Source: Octopus sinensis
Lineage: Eukaryota
NCBI RefSeq assembly: GCF_006345805.1
Contig: NC_043012.1
Span: forward strand, 51,646,001 to 51,710,000
Length of the DNA: 64,000 bases
Reading direction: 5' to 3'
In this document: positions 1 to 10,414 of the stretch, piece after piece
Numbering within the stretch: the first letter of the stretch is position 1
Layout of the letters: every line of letters begins with the position of its first letter
Notes under the pieces: generated by a model
What the model was told of the DNA's origin: nothing
What the model saw: the letters and a program-made list of their open reading frames with translations, nothing else
Database searches by the model: none
Made by a program: the position numbers and the translations under genes

Positions 1-152
1 TTATTCATGATAAGAAACGAAATAGATTTTCCTTTCAATTAAGGAGAAAACATTATTGCTGTCTAGTAATTTAGTAGTGATCATTTGATGTACCTCGAAG
101 ACTGCTGGATGTAAATAAAGCAAATGATGGGTTACCGGGTGTCATTGCTTAC

Positions 153-215
153 AAAAGGACGCCGCTAAATATGAAGAGGACTCGATTGGTGATGTCAAAC
201 AACGAAATAAACTCG
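153..215 (-). CDS. Candidate internal exon (63 nt, phase 2-2) of a putative multi-exon membrane-protein gene, possibly tetraspanin-like
   Basis: Minus strand ttttttgcttcaaag|C...TTTT|gtaagc; open frame EFISLFDITNRVLFIFSGVL with a hydrophobic end; phase-compatible with the 3189-3249 candidate. No homology search was possible. Confidence 0.3.
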
Positions 216-760
216 CTTTGAAGCAAAAAAACTAAATCATGATGTAATCTCCTCTTTAAAAGATTCTACTAGTACTTTAATATTTCCATCAAAATATAAT
301 ATTCTGGTTCATGAGAAGTGAGGTTAATCAAATAAATTTAGTGAGAATGAAGAAGCTCTAGAGAAAAGTGTAAGATATAACAATAACTATAATCGACATT
401 TGGATACAATTATATAAAATAGAAAATAAAACATGCATTGCAATGATTAATCGTTTTCTTTTTCATTTTTTTTTTTTTGTGCATAAACCGGCTTATTTAT
501 GAATAATAGTAATTCTAACAAGACCATTTGCCACTTAACTTAATTGGCAGTCAGACATTTTGAACCGAGGCAGCGACTCTGGCTGACCCGCAAAATATTT
601 CGAGTAACATCTAATATGCCTACACTATTTATCCAAAAGTTTCTGCACAAAGTGTATGTTACATTCGTATTAAATGAAGCGGATTTGATAAATACTACTA
701 CACTAGCTGGACCCGTGCCCTCAAAAATGACGGCTAATTGTAGTATTTTATATATAACAC

Positions 761-1036
761 GTGGAGGCACATGGCCTAGTGGTTAGAGCAGCGGACTCGC
801 GGTCGAGGGATCGCGGGGGTGTGATTATGAGTGAAACACCTAAGCTCCACGGGTCTCCGGCAGAAGGTTATGGCGCACTTCTGCTGACTCTTTCGCCACA
901 ACTTTCTCTCACTCTTTCTTTCTGCATCGTGCAGCTTACCTGCGACGGAACCTGTACGCCAAGGAAACCGGGAAACCGGCCCTATGAGCCAGGCGTGGAT
1001 CGAGAAGGAACAAACAACAACAACAACAACAACAAT
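761..1036 (+). mobile_element. tRNA-derived SINE (GTGGAGGC head), B-box deleted, (CAA)n tail
   Basis: A-box-like TGGCCTAGTGGTTAG; alignment to the copy at 1188-1550 shows loss of GTTTCGATTCC; 3' part aaaccgggaaaccggccctatgagcc is shared with the SINEs at 11102, 20085 and 31582. Confidence 0.8.
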
Positions 1037-1187
1037 ATATAACTAAGTTTTTAGTTAATAATTCTTTTATGATCAAATTTATAACTGCAGTCTTTTTATA
1101 TTCCTGATACACTCAGGCAATACTTATTTTCTCTAATGAGCTTGTATATGTATATGTAGGTGTATGTGACTGTAATAATTATTTTCA

Positions 1188-1550
1188 ACAAAACGGATAG
1201 AATATCGTGGCACTCCGCCGGTTACCACGACGATCAACGGAACAGCTGGCTCGTGAAATTAATGTGTAAGTGTCGTACCCTTAACTTAGTTCTCGGGGAG
1301 ATTCAGCGTGACACAGAGTGGGAAAATGCCGACCCTTTGAGATACAGGTACAACAGAAGCAGAAAGAAAAAGTGAGAGAAAGTTGTGATGAGAGGGTACA
1401 TCAGGGTTCACCACCAACCCATGCCGGAGCCTCGTGGAGCTTTAGGTGTTTTCGTTCAATAAACACTCACAACGCCCGGTCTGGGAATCGAAACCGCTAT
1501 CCTACGACCGCGAGTCCGCTGCCCTAACCACTGGGCCATTGCACCTCCAC
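1188..1550 (-). mobile_element. tRNA-derived SINE (GTGGAGG head), inverted relative to 761-1036
   Basis: Minus strand gtggaggtgcaatggcccagtggttagggcagcggactcgcggtcgtaggatagcggtttcgattccc contains A and B boxes; central acaactttctctcact segment shared with the 761 copy. Confidence 0.8.
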
Positions 1551-1906
1551 ATATGAATACAATCATAATCTTTGCGCCTCCACAGATAGAGTATGAATGG
1601 TAAATCAAATTAATATGATTGTCAATGTTATCTAGTTGTTATCTTTTGAGATGTGATATCGGTCGTCGTTTGTTACTGAAGGAACGCTGGTTCACACATT
1701 CACATACTTCCCTTGTACACGTGCACACATAGTCACATATACTCACACAGAGTTAAAACGCTGCTACATTTTTTTTCACCATAGCATTAAAATCATCTCA
1801 CTACAAAGTTTGCCATCACCCTGTCCTTCCTTATTCATCTATCATCCCCGCTTTTCTCATTCATATGTTGTGACGGAGAAAAACACAAAAGTATTATTAT
1901 ATCATA

Positions 1907-2413
1907 CTAGCTAGCCCCGTGCCGTCAAAACTGATGGCTAATTGTAGTCTTCGATATATGAATAAGGTACAAAATAAGGTACATAATAATCACAGGTGCA
2001 CACATTCACATCCTTCACTTGTACACGCACGCACTTATACACACATACTCATACAGAGTTGAAACGCTGTTTGATTTTTATTTTCAGCGTTTAATGTTCA
2101 CCATCCCACTTCCAATACACACGCACACACAAACACAAACACACACACAAACACAACACACACACACACACAAACACACACACAAACAAACACACACACA
2201 AACACACACGCACGGGCACACAGACATTCATATGACTCCCTTTTACATACACACATATTCACGCAGAGTTGAAACGCTGCTTGATTTTTTTTCACTATAC
2301 GACTTTCATCCCCCCACTACCAAGTTTGCCTCCTTCCCTATTCATCTATCATTCCTTTCTTTCTCATTTATATGTTGTGACTGAGAAAGACACAAGAGTA
2401 TTATTATAGTAGA
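1907..2413 (-). mobile_element. Non-autonomous Helitron-like element, copy 2 (apparently complete)
   Basis: Minus strand A|TCTACTATAATAATAC ... GCCATCAGTTTTGACGGC hairpin ... GCTAG|T gives the 5'-TC, 3'-CTAG, subterminal hairpin and A/T insertion site of Helitrons; internal (CA)n-rich repeat. Confidence 0.65.
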
Positions 2414-2638
2414 TGTTTTTTTTATTATTAGCAGATGCAGAAATGTCAGAGTGAAGCCTATATACTCCATATACAACCAAAGCCATTTTTGTGTTTGTTT
2501 TGCAACTAACATCAAAATTCTGAGAGTTTTGTATTCTAAAATCTGGTTAATGTTGAGTATTGTAGTATTTATAATTACGTAAGTATGCCGTCCCAACGAT
2601 GATCAATAAAATGCATTTTTTTGTAAAAAGTTAACGCA

Positions 2639-2792
2639 TGCGCAGGAGTGGCTGTCTGGTAAGTAGCTTGTTTACCAACCACATGGTTCCTGGTTCATTC
2701 CCACTGCGTGGCACTTTGGGCAAGTGTCTTCTACTATAGCTTTGTGAGTGGATTTGGTATACGGAAACTGAAAGAAGCCCGTCGTATATATG

Positions 2793-2837
<45 letters not shown>

Positions 2838-3047
2838 CTGTGTGTGTGTGTGTGCGTGTGTATATGTGTGTGTATGTGCTGTGTGTGTGTGTATGTGTGT
2901 ATGTTTATGTGTTTGTGTCTGTCGGTACAAGAGACCGATAGAATATGTACTAGGCTTACAAAGAATATGTCCTGGGGTCGATTTTCTCGGCGAAAAGGCG
3001 GTGCTCCAGCAATGCCGCAGTCAAATGATTGAAACAAGTAAACGAGT
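2639..3047 (+). mobile_element. tRNA-derived SINE family A (GGCGCAGGAGTGGCTGTGTGGTAAG head) with internal (TA)n(TG)n
   Basis: Head with A/B-box-like motifs, gaaactgaaagaagcccgtcg core and ...cagtcaaatgattgaaacaagtaa tail; homologous to about 10 other copies in the window; two internal deletions. Confidence 0.9.
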
Positions 3048-3188
3048 ATGGAAGATAATGAAATAACATTAGAACTCAAAAATTGTGCATGAAGTTCGTA
3101 AAGTTGAAATGAGAATCTTTTACACGTGCTCTTTGTGGAGTGTAATGTGCGTTTATAGTACGGAACAAACAACGATTCAACATCTTAC

Positions 3189-3249
3189 GCGCAATATGAG
3201 GTATATACATTGATCGAACACAAGGCAAGTTTAGCGAATATTTTGAAAC
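3189..3249 (-). CDS. Candidate internal exon (61 nt, phase 1-2)
   Basis: ataattcag|GT...GC|gtaaga; frame xFKIFAKLALCSINVYTSYC(A) joins in frame to 153-215 to give VYTSYCAEFISLFDITNRVLFIFSGVL, which resembles the tetraspanin EC2-end/TM4 pattern. A second frame is also open. Confidence 0.3.
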
Positions 3250-3257
3250 CTGAATTA

Positions 3258-3401
3258 TAGTAGTAGTAGTAAGTAGTAGTAGTAGTAGTGGCAGGTGTGG
3301 TGGTGGTGGTGGTGACGGTGTCCGTCGTCGTCGTTGTAGTAGTAGTAGTAGCGGGTGTGGTGGTGGTGGTGGTGGACCCGGCGGCGGTGGTCGTCGTCAT
3401 C

Positions 3402-3437
<36 letters not shown>

Positions 3438-3475
3438 CAGGTGTGGTGGTGGTGGCGGTAGTCGTCGTCGTCGTT

Positions 3476-3525
<50 letters not shown>
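3258..3525. repeat. Compound trinucleotide microsatellite (TAG)n/(TGG)n/(TCG)n with an internally duplicated block
   Basis: Direct reading; the block tagtggcaggtgtggtggtggt...gtcgtcgtcgttgtag occurs twice. Confidence 0.95.
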
Positions 3526-3526
<1 letters not shown>

Positions 3527-3845
3527 TCTTTCAGAATTACTTTCAAAATAGATGCTACGTTTGCCATGCCGAGACAATAATGTTCACTTTTTTCATTTTG
3601 TATTATTTTCGAAGTCACACCAACGGTCGATATAATGCGTTTTACAGTTAAGTCAAGTGAGAAATTTATAAAGTTTCTCGATTTACTTATTCAGTTCTGA
3701 AATTAACAGTAGGGATGTGCGCCGTAGTAGAGTCATAGTAACAATTTAGACCATACAAGTACTGATGCGGTTATCTTGTGGTGCATGTTTCTTGCAACAG
3801 TGAATACTATGATATATTAACGGCTCATAATTCTATCTTATAGTG

Positions 3846-4048
3846 ATTTCAAACTTTGGCACAGGGCCAGTAATTTCGGTGAAGGGAGTAGGTCGATGAC
3901 ATTGACCCCAGTAATGAATTGGTACTTATTTTATCGCCCCCAAAAGGATGAAAGTCAAAATTGACATTGGTGGAAGTGGAACTGAAAACGTAAAAACGGT
4001 CGAAATGACACATAGCAGTTTGCCCTACCTACTAACAATTGTGCCAAC
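3846..4048 (-). mobile_element. tRNA-derived SINE family D (degenerate)
   Basis: Reverse complement of the gcctttcatcctttcggggtcgataaa(a/t)taagtacc core seen in sense at 54709-54900. Confidence 0.75.
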
Positions 4049-4050
4049 AC

Positions 4051-4480
4051 CAGGGTCGGATTAAGACCCATCGCGACACTAAGCACTTAAAAGATTTTGG
4101 TGTCCCCATAAAAGATTATATAATCCAAAATATAAACAATAACAAACCATAAAATAAAATTTTATTTTTCAAAATCAAATAGAAGAGTAAGAGAGAAAAT
4201 AATGTTTATTTCTGCATAATTCCACTTTATTCATATTTGAAAAGTTTCCTCCTACTTGTTTTTGAATTGCAAAGTCTTTGATCAGATCCTCAAAATTAAT
4301 CTTAGGTAACACCTCTATGCTTACTAGATGTAAAGGCATCCCGAATATTACTTTAGCAAGTTTAAAGCGATTTCTTTTATGCCGTAAACCATTTACCATT
4401 TCTGTGGCGCTCCTTCCTCTCCTTGATACCCTTAGAACGTGCTTATTTTGCTTAATGGTTACTCCAGCGCTGGTCAGCAC
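4051..4480 (-). mobile_element. hAT-family DNA transposon remnant (transposase C-terminus plus one terminus)
   Basis: Minus frame LHLVSIEVLPKINFEDLIKDFAIQK matches the end of the hAT dimerisation domain (LSIE...I.yedii..FA.kK); CAGGG(T/C)CGGATTAAG terminus-like sequence at 4051. Confidence 0.65.
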
Positions 4481-5261
4481 GTTGCTTTGTCTGTCTTATA
4501 ATTACTATAATATTAGGAGAAATAATTCTTCTCTACAGTTACCTCAAAAATAATAGTATACATCTCTTATCGTTCTACTGTAATAGAATTATGTGTTATT
4601 AAATATCAATACTATACAATATATTTCTAAAACGAAATACGATATTAGGGCTATAAATAAAATTTCTATGACTATTATATAAAGATATTTGTAGTACATA
4701 TTGCACTGACCGAGTAAAATAATAGGGATTAGAATATAGGCAGAGGTCATGTCTCCTCATTTTAAGACACCGTACATATATCACTACCCTAATCAAAATC
4801 GACCTTCCGTTTTTATGTTGCCAGAGTGTGATACGAGTATAAATTCATTACAATTTCTAGAGAATCGATGAGTAACCAAAAAGTATATTATTGATGCAAA
4901 AACATAAATAAAGTGTGATTGTGTATTTGCTATATAATTATTGTTTATTATTTGAGCGGGTCGACAAATGATCTCAAAAAAAAAAAATCATTGAAAATTA
5001 GCGACAAAGTAGATAATGGCATGCCTAAAATCGAAGAATGTTTCTTCGAGTAATTTTATTAAAACAAATGACAGATATGTTTCTAATAAGCAAGAGATTC
5101 ATGCATGTTTTATTCAGAATGGGTTTGTATAGTCGAACTTATTGTCTGTCTGTCTATCTATTTATCTATCTATCTACGTATCAATTCACATGCCTGCCTG
5201 TCAACTTATCTACTTATCAGTGTACGTGCTATGCTTACACACACAAACAGAAGTACACATG

Positions 5262-5293
<32 letters not shown>

Positions 5294-5303
5294 ATATATA
5301 TAA

Positions 5304-5336
<33 letters not shown>

Positions 5337-5644
5337 GTGTGTGTGTGTGTGTAGATAAAAAGATGGGCACGCCTACGCGGGCAAACATAAAAACACACAT
5401 ATTTATACATATCTATGCACGTATATGAAACGATCCTACACACAGTGCAATATTGACAAATTGATGACAAAATTTTTATATACATTACTATAAATTTTTT
5501 CGCTATCGGCTTGTCAAAATATGCGTTATGCATGCATTTATTTATAAGCATATATGGCTATATATATATACATAGGTGTGTATTAGCGTGCATATATATA
5601 TATATATACATATAGTTAATCCAAACATCAAAACACAAACAGAT

Positions 5645-5825
5645 ATCACAACAACGCGAGGACGTGGAAAAATTATAGTGTTATTAGACGCTCAGAAAAA
5701 TAAAGAAAAAAGGAAGATTTAACATTTCGATCGGAGATCTTCGTCAGAAAGATAGGAAAAGGGAAAGTCCAAGGAAGGGAAGACGGATGAAAAAAATCGA
5801 CAACGGTACACACGAGGTGACATTT
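5645..5825 (-). mobile_element. Short Penelope-like-element-derived repeat carrying a degenerate type I hammerhead motif
   Basis: Minus 5747-5720 reads CTGACGA-A-GATC-TCC-GATC-GAAA-TGTTA; flanks are homologous to the copies at 30525 and 43745. Stem I is poorly paired. Confidence 0.55.
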
Positions 5826-6275
5826 TGAATATATATAAATATATATATTTACATACATACATGCATACATACATATATCGATAGATAGTGTGAGAGATAG
5901 ACGCAGAAAGACAGAGAAGAAGAGGGAGAGGAAAAGTTATAAATAAAAAAAAAAACAAATACTGTAGAACAGTGATTCTGGAGGTGACTTGGACACACCA
6001 CTGATGGAGGGTGGGATAAGATTCACAGAAACACAGATCTAAGTAACAGCTATATTATCTGTAACTAAAATACATGTGATACTATTGTCATGTATTAAAC
6101 TGTGTTTATATTTTTATAAACGCTTGTTTGTTCTTAGGTACTGGTAAAGCCGTGGAACTCATTACTAACTCTCCTAATAAATAAAAGGCACACAGAAATA
6201 GTAAATATTATGAAAACTGATCGACAAATCATATATATATATATATATATATGTATGTATATATATATATGTATG

Positions 6276-6316
<41 letters not shown>

Positions 6317-6533
6317 TGTGAATACGTTATTCATGCACATATATATATATGTATATATATAAGTGTTTACTATCAACTATCATCTATATATCTAACTCAT
6401 GTATACGTATATATATTGATAAAAACCTTAAGACAACAAAAGAAAGAGATCTCGATATTATGTAAATAGAGGAGGAATTATCTGTAAATGTAATATGTGA
6501 CAACTATTCGGTAGCCATGAAAAAATTCCGAGA

Positions 6534-6660
6534 TTCGGATGCCGAGGTGGAAATCCACGCTGCTATCTCTTCAGTTATCCGGCCGACAGAAAAAGCATTT
6601 TTCCGATGGCCGTATAACTGAAGAGATGGCGGCGTGGACTTCCACCTCGGCATCCGAAAT
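6534..6660. repeat. Near-perfect palindrome (about 60-bp arms) with a hammerhead-like core on each strand
   Basis: ttcggatgccgaggtggaaatccacgctgctatctcttcagttatccggcc versus its reverse complement at about 6608-6658 (about 4 mismatches); each strand reads CTGAAGA-GAT...CATCC-GAA(A/T). Confidence 0.85.
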
Positions 6661-7549
6661 ATATATATATATGTATATATATATACATATTTATGTATAT
6701 ACATATATATATATAGATATATGTCTGTGTGTGTATATGAATATATACAGATATGCATATATATAGAAATAGAAATATATAGAGAGAGAGGGAGATAGAG
6801 ACAGACAGGTAGATAGATAGACAGACAGACAGATAGATAATTACTATTATATCATTTGATATAATATATCTGATTTACAAAATAGATATAACATCACAAT
6901 CTACTTTATTTTCTTGCCAATTCCATTGTTCCTGAATAACGTGATTTTTTTTTATACATCTTCAATTGTTTTTCATTGAGTGATATTGGATGTAAATAAA
7001 TGAGAATCTTCACCACTGTTCTTTTTCTACGGTTTTACTATATCACTTCCCAGAATCTTTGTTTTAATGTTGGACGTCATTGTTCCTTGGGGGTCTTTTA
7101 TCAATTTTCATTTTACTATTTATTTTTGTTATTTCATCCACTAGCTTTTTACAGGAAGTATTAATGCTTTATATAATATATTATTTCCAATTTATTTTTT
7201 TACTTATTAAAGATTCCTCAATGTTACTTCATCTTGTTTATTTTACGGAATCACATTAGAGCATGGTTTTCTGGAAGAACGTTTTTCTCCACATGAGTAA
7301 TTGTTCTATAGTAGTATTTAGAATATTCTTAAAGACAAGCAATTTGCATGGAAAGAGCTTATCGGAGAGGGGAGAGAAAGAGGGAGACAGAAAGATTATG
7401 ATGCAGGTATTACAACAGCCTATTCTTTTATTATTTTACATGCTTCATCCCTAAGGCTGTGACTATGCTACAGCACTTACTCTATATATGTGCAAATTTG
7501 AATCTTTTGCACCCATTTCCCCTTCTATATGCATGTGTTTATATAGATA

Positions 7550-7592
<43 letters not shown>

Positions 7593-7594
<2 letters not shown>

Positions 7595-8126
7595 TCACCG
7601 GAAGTAACTTGCACGGACACCGGAAATACATCTGCCACTACCAGAGAAAACAAAGCAACTAACTCCAGCGACTTCCCTGACCTTTCATTGGACAAAATCT
7701 ACCTACCTGCCATTCTATTGGACACTGGCTAAACATCACTGCTGATATTTTTGTATAAATAAAGGTCATAAATCACTGTAAAGGTAGTTGGCTTTTTGGC
7801 ACTCGACTGATGTAAATCGTGTCCCTCTCGCCTTCCACGCTCGTCACTCACGCCGACTCGAACCTTTGTACTGCTATTTCACGCCTGAAATAAATCGCTG
7901 TATAAACTTACACCTCTTGTCTGCTCGTCCTTTCAACTACTGCTTTCGTCTGTCCAGTTTTGCTGATTATGTCCACAGTCCTTTTTAGGGCTAATTCAAG
8001 TCTGATCTGAATGCGATAACAGTCCTTTTTAGGACTATTCTTGGATCGGATCTTGTTGCGATAACCATCCTTTTAAGGGCTACCCTCAGATCAGACTAGA
8101 AGTAGTAGCCAAGAAACATACCCGCT

Positions 8127-8129
<3 letters not shown>
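7593..8129 (+). mobile_element. Solo LTR-like element with three 44-45-bp imperfect repeats near its end
   Basis: GC-richer block with ATTGG boxes, GTATAAATA, AATAAA and a terminal ...cgctACA; the start is AGTCAC rather than TGT and no clear TSD is visible. Confidence 0.4.
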
Positions 8130-8192
<63 letters not shown>

Positions 8193-8195
8193 AAC

Positions 8196-8872
8196 ATGCC
8201 CTGATGCAGTACCAGGCAGAGGCTCTCATGGCTTCTGATCTTAACTGATTGGAAGTGTTATCATGTACATTGTTTTGTCTTGGTATAAAAGATGGGCTAC
8301 AGCAAATATTCTGCTCAATACCACAATGCCCTGATGCAGTACCAGGCAGAGGCTCTCATGGCTTCTGATTGGAAGTGTTATCATGTACATTGTTTTGTCT
8401 TGGTATAAAAGATGGGCTACAGCAAATATTCTGCTCAATACTACAGATTTGCTTGTCAGTTGTTTGACCGTAACCAGTTGTGCATGTCCCTTAGTGGCTG
8501 ACGATATGTGCATCTCTGATCACGAGCAGAAGTAGTGGGGGAGCATCATAGCCATGTGTTGAGAGGGATTCTTTGGAGTTTGAATAGTTCACCTCTGGAA
8601 AAATGGGTGGTTCTTTCAACATCCTTAAACAACCCTTATTCAGGGACCGTTTGAGCGGGATGGGCTACTCAACCCGAAGAAAATTCTAACTGGGCCCCAC
8701 CTGCAAGGTCATGTGCTGTTTATCTTGATATGAGATCACCATGTCGCGCACATATGGTTGTGATGCATGTGCCTGGTGTATCTTTATCAGACGGGTAGTC
8801 ATGATGGGTATATTGGGCCTCGTATATTTTACCCCAGTGTCACTTTGATGGCATGAACTGCTCTCTCACTCA
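8196..8872. mobile_element. Non-coding interspersed repeat embedded in (AAT)n, with a tandemly duplicated end
   Basis: Flanked on both sides by (AAT)n; 8196-8325 is repeated at 8326-8445 with a 10-bp deletion; no ORF found. Confidence 0.6.
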
Positions 8873-8908
8873 ATAATAATAATAATAATTATAATTATAA
8901 TAATAATA

Positions 8909-9284
8909 AATGCTTTCTAATTGATGTATCAATACCGGCAGATGACAACGTGTCTCTAAAAGAAATGGAGAAACTCTCAAAATACAAAGACCTGGAAATA
9001 GAGGTAACCAGAATGTGGAATCTAAAAACAGAAACAATTCCTATCATAGTAGGTGCATTAGGCATGATAAAAAAATTATTCAGACAAATACATAACAAAA
9101 ACACCAGGACTCACAAACACATATAACATACAGAAAATTGCACTACTAGGCACGGCACACATCCTACGCAGAACACTTTCCACACAATAACCATCAGAGT
9201 ATCACAACAAATCACAGCACATACCTAAGGCACACAGAGCTGCGATCGGTAGTGAAGTGAAAGCACGCTATAAAAATAAAACTA

Positions 9285-9287
<3 letters not shown>
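8909..9287 (+). mobile_element. 5'-truncated R4/Dong-clade non-LTR retrotransposon (restriction-like endonuclease C-terminus plus 3' UTR)
   Basis: Translation CFLIDVSIPADDNVSLKEMEKLSKYKDLEIEVTRMWNLKTETIPIIVGALGMIKK / ...IQKIALLGTAHILRRTLSTQ* (one frameshift, stop at 9188-9190); (AAT)n on both sides. Confidence 0.85.
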
Positions 9288-9319
<32 letters not shown>

Positions 9320-9357
9320 TAGTCATAATAATAATAATAATAACAATAATAATAATA

Positions 9358-9433
<76 letters not shown>

Positions 9434-9456
9434 TTACTACTAATAATGATAATAAT
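9288..9456. repeat. (AAT)n microsatellite, about 170 bp
   Basis: Direct reading. Confidence 0.95.
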
Positions 9457-9503
9457 TTCTTAAGCAACCAGTTGATAGATTTGGTATTAACCTTTATTGT
9501 GTA

Positions 9504-9752
9504 CAACGGTCGTTTCGACCTCACTTGCCACTCTCCTTTATGGATGAGACTCCGTTGAACATGTTGTGTTGCATCCATTCACAGTCCCGGTTTCATCAGG
9601 CACATCCTTGCATAAAGTTTTGTTTCGCTAACGATCCTGAGTTTAGGGTATCGTGCTGTTATATGCCCACCTGTTTTAACGATGCAGCACAGTATATTAA
9701 ACATAGTCTTACCCATAACATACAGTAGTAGGATGGGTCGAAATGACCGTTG
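9504..9752. mobile_element. MITE with 17-bp TIRs and TA flanks (Tc1/mariner-like)
   Basis: TA|CAACGGTCGTTTCGACC ... GGTCGAAATGACCGTTG|TA with 1 mismatch; no ORF. Confidence 0.7.
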
Positions 9753-10032
9753 TATAAAATGTAGATTAATACAAAATCCATCCGTTTACTTCAAAAATTA
9801 TAATTATTATCTCAACTAACAAGGCGAAATTCCTGAAGTAGATCCAACAGAAATATATCCCAACTGCGGATGACACCATCTCGCCCAAACTGTGTCAGTT
9901 CTCTACTCAACTTTCCACACACTAATCGACATATGCCCATTAGTCCAAATTTCAAGTATATATATATATATATCTTCATATCGAATGCCATTTTTTCTTC
10001 AACCTTATACCGAAACGCACGCGCATACCCCC

Positions 10033-10068
<36 letters not shown>

Positions 10069-10414
10069 AATATATATACATATAGGTATGTGTGAGTGTA
10101 TAATATTAGATATACATAAATATTATACACATACATATATTTATACATACATACTTGAATATATACTTATTTTTAGGCATCCTTTTGTGAGAGCGTACTC
10201 AAATGAGACAGCTAAAGATTAAAATCATCGTTTCCTGATCTTGGGTGTCCTTAAAAGTCATCAAGTGTAAACTTATAAGCATTTAAGTCCGTGAAATCAC
10301 ATAAAGTGGTAATAAAAAATAAGTCAACAAGTCTCCAGTTTGTCTGAATATTGGAAGACTGTTGGGGGTGGCGGAGTAGATAATACTTGTAATGACTAAT
10401 AGATCAGCTGCATA

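Larger units (their letters stand above)
703..1904 (-). mobile_element. Non-autonomous Helitron-like element, copy 1 (interrupted by two SINEs)
   Basis: Minus-strand 3' end CTAG|T at 703 with a GCC(C/G)TCA-AAAA-TGACGGC hairpin just inside it; 1690-1904 is homologous to the body and 5' end of copy 2 (1907-2413). Confidence 0.55.

Noticed and set aside
761-835. tRNA gene-like sequences (also at 1550, 11102, 31802, 38626 and the family A heads)
   Set aside because: No complete cloverleaf, acceptor stem or oligo-T terminator; they are SINE heads continuing into repeat bodies.
2019-3651. Long ORFs rich in HT/VC/YI/TTT/SSS/YYY runs (and similar ones throughout the track)
   Set aside because: These are translations of di- and trinucleotide microsatellites, which lack stop codons; there is no coding signal.
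3757-3832. Alternative exon encoding IHCCKKHAPQDNRIST
   Set aside because: Weak acceptors directly against a SINE tail; phase-compatible chains are easy to build by chance, so it is not reported as a feature.
7976-8100. CRISPR-like repeat-spacer array
   Set aside because: Only 3 units, the spacers are mutually homologous, the context is eukaryotic and there are no cas genes.
8600-8690. HDV-like ribozyme in the AAT-embedded element
   Set aside because: P2- and P4-like helices can be drawn, but no P1 partner or catalytic C in J4/2 could be found.
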